Shown piece by piece: positions 60,388 to 64,000 of a DNA stretch of 64,000 nt. The first letter of the stretch is position 1; every line of letters begins with the position of its first letter. A model generated the notes under the pieces. The model had not been told where the DNA came from. It was given only the letters and a program-made list of their open reading frames with translations, and searched no databases. The DNA is from an uncultured Thermoleophilia bacterium (GTDB lineage: Bacteria > Actinomycetota > Thermoleophilia > UBA2241): assembly GCA_963741075.1 (NCBI GenBank), contig CAVUGS010000019.1, positions 157,313 through 221,312 of the forward strand. Reading direction: 5' to 3'. The position numbers and the translations under genes were made by a program.

Positions 60388-60778
60388 GGTCGACCAGGTG
60401 CTCATCGGCACCTGCACGAACGGGCGCCTCGAGGACCTGCGCGCGGCGGCGCGTGTGCTGCGCGGGCGCCGCCGCGCCCCGGGCACGCGCCTCATCGTGA
60501 CGCCGGCCTCGCAGGCCACGGCGCGCGCAGCCGCGGCCGAGGGCCTGTTCGAAGTGTTCTGGGACGCCGGCGCCGTCATCACCAATCCCGCCTGCGGCGC
60601 CTGCGTCGGCATCCACGAGGGCATCCTCGCCGACGGCGACGTGTGCATCAGCACCGCCAACCGCAACTTCCACGGCCGCATGGGCAACCCTGAGGCCTCC
60701 ATCTACCTGGGCTCGCCGGCCACCGCGGCCGCTTCGGCCGTGGCCGGCGAGATCACCGATCCGCGCGAGCTCCTCTAG
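60263..60778 (+). pseudogene. 5'-truncated leuC-like fragment (C-terminal ~170 residues only) created by the duplication
   Basis: An in-frame TAG lies at about 60308, where copy 1 has CTC. Downstream, ORF 60320-60778 encodes [30 protein letters not shown]. The about 270 N-terminal residues are absent. Confidence 0.75.
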
Positions 60779-60791
60779 AAAGGAGGACGCT

Positions 60792-61302
<511 letters not shown>

Positions 61303-61313
<11 letters not shown>

Positions 61314-61865
61314 GGTCGCGGAGCTGTCGAGCGGGGCACCGGAGCTCCGTGAGAGCTCCGCGGCCGGGCCTGGCTGTTCGGCGACGACATCAGCACCGAC
61401 CACATCGCGCCCGGCCGTCTGTTCCACCTGCGCACCAACATGCCGGAGCTGGCCAAGCACGTGCTCGAGGACGCGCGTCCCGAGTTCGCCGGCGAGATGC
61501 GCCCAGGCGACTTCGTCGTGGGCGGCCGCAACTTCGGCCTCGGCTCGAGCCGCGAGCACGCACCGCGCATCATCAAGATCGCCGGGGTAGGGGCGGTGCT
61601 GGCGCAGAGCTTCGCGCGCATCTTCTTCCGCAACGCCATCAACGTCGGCCTGCCGGTGCTGCAGTGCGACACCAGCGGCATCGGCGAGCAGGACGAGCTC
61701 GAGGTGGACCTGGAGGCCGGTGAGGTCAGGGACAGGACCACCGGCGCCGTCATCCCCTTCGTCCCGCTCCCGCCGGTGATGGTGACCATCCTGAACGACG
61801 GCGGCCTCGTCGCCCACGTCAAGAAGCACGGCGGCTTCGCGCTGCCGGGAGGACCTGAAGCATGA
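61303..61865 (+). CDS. Aconitase-family small subunit (copy 2); the 5' end is disturbed by a 7-nt length difference from copy 1
   Basis: From [15 protein letters not shown] to the stop it is identical to copy 1 except for one residue (RDRTTG vs RDLTTG). ORF 61440-61865 covers the 3' part. Confidence 0.7.
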
Positions 61866-62866
61866 CCTACACCGTGACCCTGATCCCCGGCGACGGCACC
61901 GGCCCCGAGCTGGCCGCCGCGCTCGAGACCGTCATCGCCGCCACCGGCGTGCCCATCCACTGGGAGGTGCACGACGCCGGGCTCGACGTGATGGAGGAGT
62001 ACGGCACGCCGCTGCCGGAGCACGTGCTCGAGTCGATCCGCCGCACCAAGGTGGCGATCAAGGGGCCGATCACGACGCCGGTCGGCAAGGGCTTCCGCAG
62101 CGTCAACGTGGCGCTGCGCAAGGAGCTCGACCTGTACGCCTGCCTGCGCCCCTCCAAGACGATGAAGGGCGTGCGCACGCGCTTCGACGACATCGACCTC
62201 GTCGTCGTGCGCGAGAACACCGAGGACCTGTACGCCGGCATCGAGCACAAGGTCACGGACGACGCCGCCGAGAGCATCAAGATCATCACGCGCCGCGGGA
62301 CGGAGCGCATCGTGCGCTTCGCCTTCGAGTACGCGCGCAAGCACGGCCGGCGCAAGGTCACCGCCGTGCACAAGGCCAACATCATGAAGTGCACCGACGG
62401 GCTCTTCCTGCGCGTCGCCGGCGAGGTCGCCGAGCAGTACCCCGACATCGAGTTCGAGGACCGCATCGTCGACAACATGTGCATGCAGCTGGTGCAGAAG
62501 CCGGAGCTGTACGACGTGCTGGTGCTGCCCAACCTGTACGGCGACATCCTGAGCGACCTCTGCGCCGGGCTCGTCGGCGGCCTGGGCGTGGCGCCGGGCG
62601 CCAACATCGGCGACGACGGCGCCGTGTTCGAGCCGGTGCACGGCAGCGCGCCCAAGTACGACGGGCAGGACAAGGTCAACCCCACGGCGCTGATCCTCTC
62701 CGGCGTGCTGATGCTCGAGCACCTCGGCGAGGCCGAGGCGGCGCGGCGGATGGAAGGCGCCATCGCCGCCGTCATCGCCGAGGGCAAGGACGTCACGTAC
62801 GACCTCGGCGGCTCGGCCGGGACCTCCGGCATGGCCGCCGCCATCGCCCGCCGCATCGCCGGCTGA
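61862..62866 (+). CDS. Isocitrate/homoisocitrate/isopropylmalate dehydrogenase-family enzyme (copy 2), intact
   Basis: A single 334-aa ORF that differs from copy 1 at about a dozen residues (e.g. IHW vs ILW, YDGQ vs YAGQ). Confidence 0.9.
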   Translation: MTYTVTLIPGDGTGPELAAALETVIAATGVPIHWEVHDAGLDVMEEYGTPLPEHVLESIRRTKVAIKGPITTPVGKGFRSVNVALRKELDLYACLRPSKTMKGVRTRFDDIDLVVVRENTEDLYAGIEHKVTDDAAESIKIITRRGTERIVRFAFEYARKHGRRKVTAVHKANIMKCTDGLFLRVAGEVAEQYPDIEFEDRIVDNMCMQLVQKPELYDVLVLPNLYGDILSDLCAGLVGGLGVAPGANIGDDGAVFEPVHGSAPKYDGQDKVNPTALILSGVLMLEHLGEAEAARRMEGAIAAVIAEGKDVTYDLGGSAGTSGMAAAIARRIAG

Positions 62867-62882
62867 GGCAAGGAGGCTCCTC

Positions 62883-63191
62883 ATGGAAGAGGACGAACGG
62901 CACATCAACCTGCACGCCACGCCGGAGATGATGGCGGGCGTGTACGCCAACTTCGCCAACGTGAGCCACTCCGACTACGAGTTCTCGATCACCTTCGTGC
63001 GCCTCGACCACGAGAGCGAGGAGCCCGAAGAGCTGAACGGCGTCGTGGTCAGCCGCGTGAACCTCTCCGCGCGGTTCATGAAGGAGCTGGTCGACGCCAT
63101 GAGCGACAACTACGGCAAGTGGCTGCAGGCGGAGAACATCAAGAACCTCCCCGAGGCCCCCGGGCACGATCAGCCGGCGGAGCCGAGCTGA
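62883..63191 (+). CDS. DUF3467-family protein (copy 2), intact
   Basis: The 102-aa ORF has [46 protein letters not shown]. Confidence 0.7.
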   Translation: MEEDERHINLHATPEMMAGVYANFANVSHSDYEFSITFVRLDHESEEPEELNGVVVSRVNLSARFMKELVDAMSDNYGKWLQAENIKNLPEAPGHDQPAEPS

Positions 63192-63310
63192 CGTGAGGGG
63201 CGCCGCCAGGCACACCTCACAGTAACCTGCGGAGTAGCGTTGTCGTGGGGGGCGCCGCAGGTGCACCCCACAGTAGCCGGCGGAGCCGAACTGACGTGAG
63301 GGCGCCGCGC
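63172..63310 (+). repeat. Imperfect short tandem repeats (about 51-52-nt hairpin units, and a 35-nt direct repeat 102 nt apart) spanning the 3' end of the DUF3467 gene
   Basis: agccggcggagccgaRctgacgtgaggg occurs at 63172 and 63274. The hairpins are gtgagg..cctcac (63193-63220) and gtgggg..ccccac (63245-63270). Confidence 0.6.
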
Positions 63311-63375
63311 CAGAATGGCCAAGCGCCCCTCCGTTTCGGCTCCTTTTTGCCCTGCATTCCGCGCGTTTCCCATCG

Positions 63376-63405
63376 TTGCCGCCCCGCCCCCGGGTCGGCT
63401 AGAAT
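63376..63405 (+). promoter_or_regulatory. Candidate promoter TTGCCG-N18-TAGAAT ahead of the oxidoreductase gene
   Basis: ttgccg lies at 63376-63381 and tagaat at 63400-63405. Confidence 0.35.
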
Positions 63406-63510
63406 GGCTGGGCCTGTACTCCCACGTTCCTCTTGGTCTCACGCTGGAGCCGCGTGCGGTCCGCCGGGGGGGAACGGTGGCGATCCCGTCGCACGTCTCA
63501 GGAGGACGCA

Positions 63511-64000
63511 GTGGACTTCTACCAGGGCAAGGTGCTCAGGCTCGACCTGAGCGCGGGCGCCTCTACCGTCGAGCCGCTCAACATGGAGTGGGCAGAGCGC
63601 TACATCGGCGGCAAGGGCCTGCTTCTTCGCTACATGTGGGACGAGGTCCCGCGCAACGTCGACCCGTGGGCGCCGGAGAACCCGGTCATCCTCATGACCG
63701 GCCCGTTCGCCGGCACCAACGTCAGCACCGCCTCGCGCCTGGTGGTGGGCTGCAAGAGCCCCCAGACCGGCATCCTGAACGACAGCTACGTGGGCGGCTC
63801 GTTCGCCCCCGAGCTCAAGTTCGCCGGCTACGACGCGGTCATCATCACCGGCGAGTCGCCCGAGCCGGTCGTCGTCACCATCAAGGACGACGTCGTCAGC
63901 TTCGTGCCGGCCAAGCCCAAGTACTGGGGCATGAAGACGTCGGAGATCGAGGAGGCCATGCGCCAGGACTTCGACGCCGACGCCAAGACGCTGTCCATCG
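63511..64000 (+). CDS. Aldehyde:ferredoxin oxidoreductase (tungsten/molybdenum AOR family), N-terminal part; runs off the window
   Basis: The GTG start at 63511 follows aggagg. Matching segments include GKVLRLDLSAG, AERYIGGKGLLLRYMWDEV, VILMTGPFAGT, RLVVGCKSPQTG and ELKFAGYDAVIITG. Confidence 0.8.
   Translation, partial: MDFYQGKVLRLDLSAGASTVEPLNMEWAERYIGGKGLLLRYMWDEVPRNVDPWAPENPVILMTGPFAGTNVSTASRLVVGCKSPQTGILNDSYVGGSFAPELKFAGYDAVIITGESPEPVVVTIKDDVVSFVPAKPKYWGMKTSEIEEAMRQDFDADAKTLSI

Noticed and set aside
63172-63350. A CRISPR-like array.
   Set aside because: There are only two to three imperfect units and no unique spacers of regular length. The repeat overlaps a coding 3' end, and there are no cas genes.

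Overview
The window is a very GC-rich (judged by eye, not computed) bacterial chromosomal segment with about 65 protein genes, one tRNA and no rRNA, CRISPR array or obvious mobile element. About 90% of the genes are on the + strand. Gene content suggests an anaerobic, high-GC Gram-positive-type organism: FeoB, an aldehyde:ferredoxin oxidoreductase, a formate-THF ligase cluster, an Hnd/NuoEF-like module, strong GGAGG ribosome-binding sites and TTGACA-N16-18-TANNNT promoters. I cannot assign a taxon.

Content in order:
- 1-18.6 kb: a catabolic island. It holds a pyrogallol-hydroxytransferase-like Mo enzyme, 2 SDRs, a 3-hydroxyacid dehydrogenase, a cyclase-family hydrolase, a cupin, a BKACE enzyme, a Liv-type ABC importer with two paralogous binding proteins, three IclR regulators and a flavoprotein.
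- 18.5-24.8 kb: 5-formyl-THF cyclo-ligase, a V4R-GGDEF protein, rlmH, argS, an orphan BlaI-like repressor, peptidase genes and tRNA-Gly(CCC).
- 25-27.7 kb: a DtxR-family regulator plus feoB.
- 27.7-35.2 kb: an ImmA-like peptidase, a hydrolase, treT plus otsA, a membrane protein, and an orphan DNA methyltransferase coupled to a GT4 glycosyltransferase.
- 35.3-42.8 kb: larC, fhs, fchA, folD and a NuoE/NuoF-like pair.
- 43-51.5 kb: two APC permeases flanking an Lrp regulator, a metallophosphoesterase, a nucleotidyltransferase-like protein, a putrescine-type aminotransferase and a TetR regulator.
- 51.7-55.4 kb: csp and gatCAB.
- 55.4-63.2 kb: a homocitrate/Re-citrate-synthase-like operon (synthase, aconitase-type large and small subunits, cyclophilin, isocitrate/homoisocitrate-type dehydrogenase, DUF3467). 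Its distal 2.9 kb is tandemly duplicated.
- 63.5 kb to the end: a partial aldehyde:ferredoxin oxidoreductase.

Two caveats apply throughout. Roughly two thirds of the genes, including essential ones, are interrupted by +/-1 frame shifts. I read this as assembly or basecalling error, so coordinates for those genes are envelopes spanning several ORF-track fragments. All functional calls come from motif and family recognition by eye; no searches were run.

The most interesting items are the predicted trihydroxybenzene/phloroglucinol island with its shared operator motifs, the beta-less SCP2-fused AthL homologue, the duplicated 2-oxoacid operon, and the orphan NuoEF-like module in the C1 cluster.
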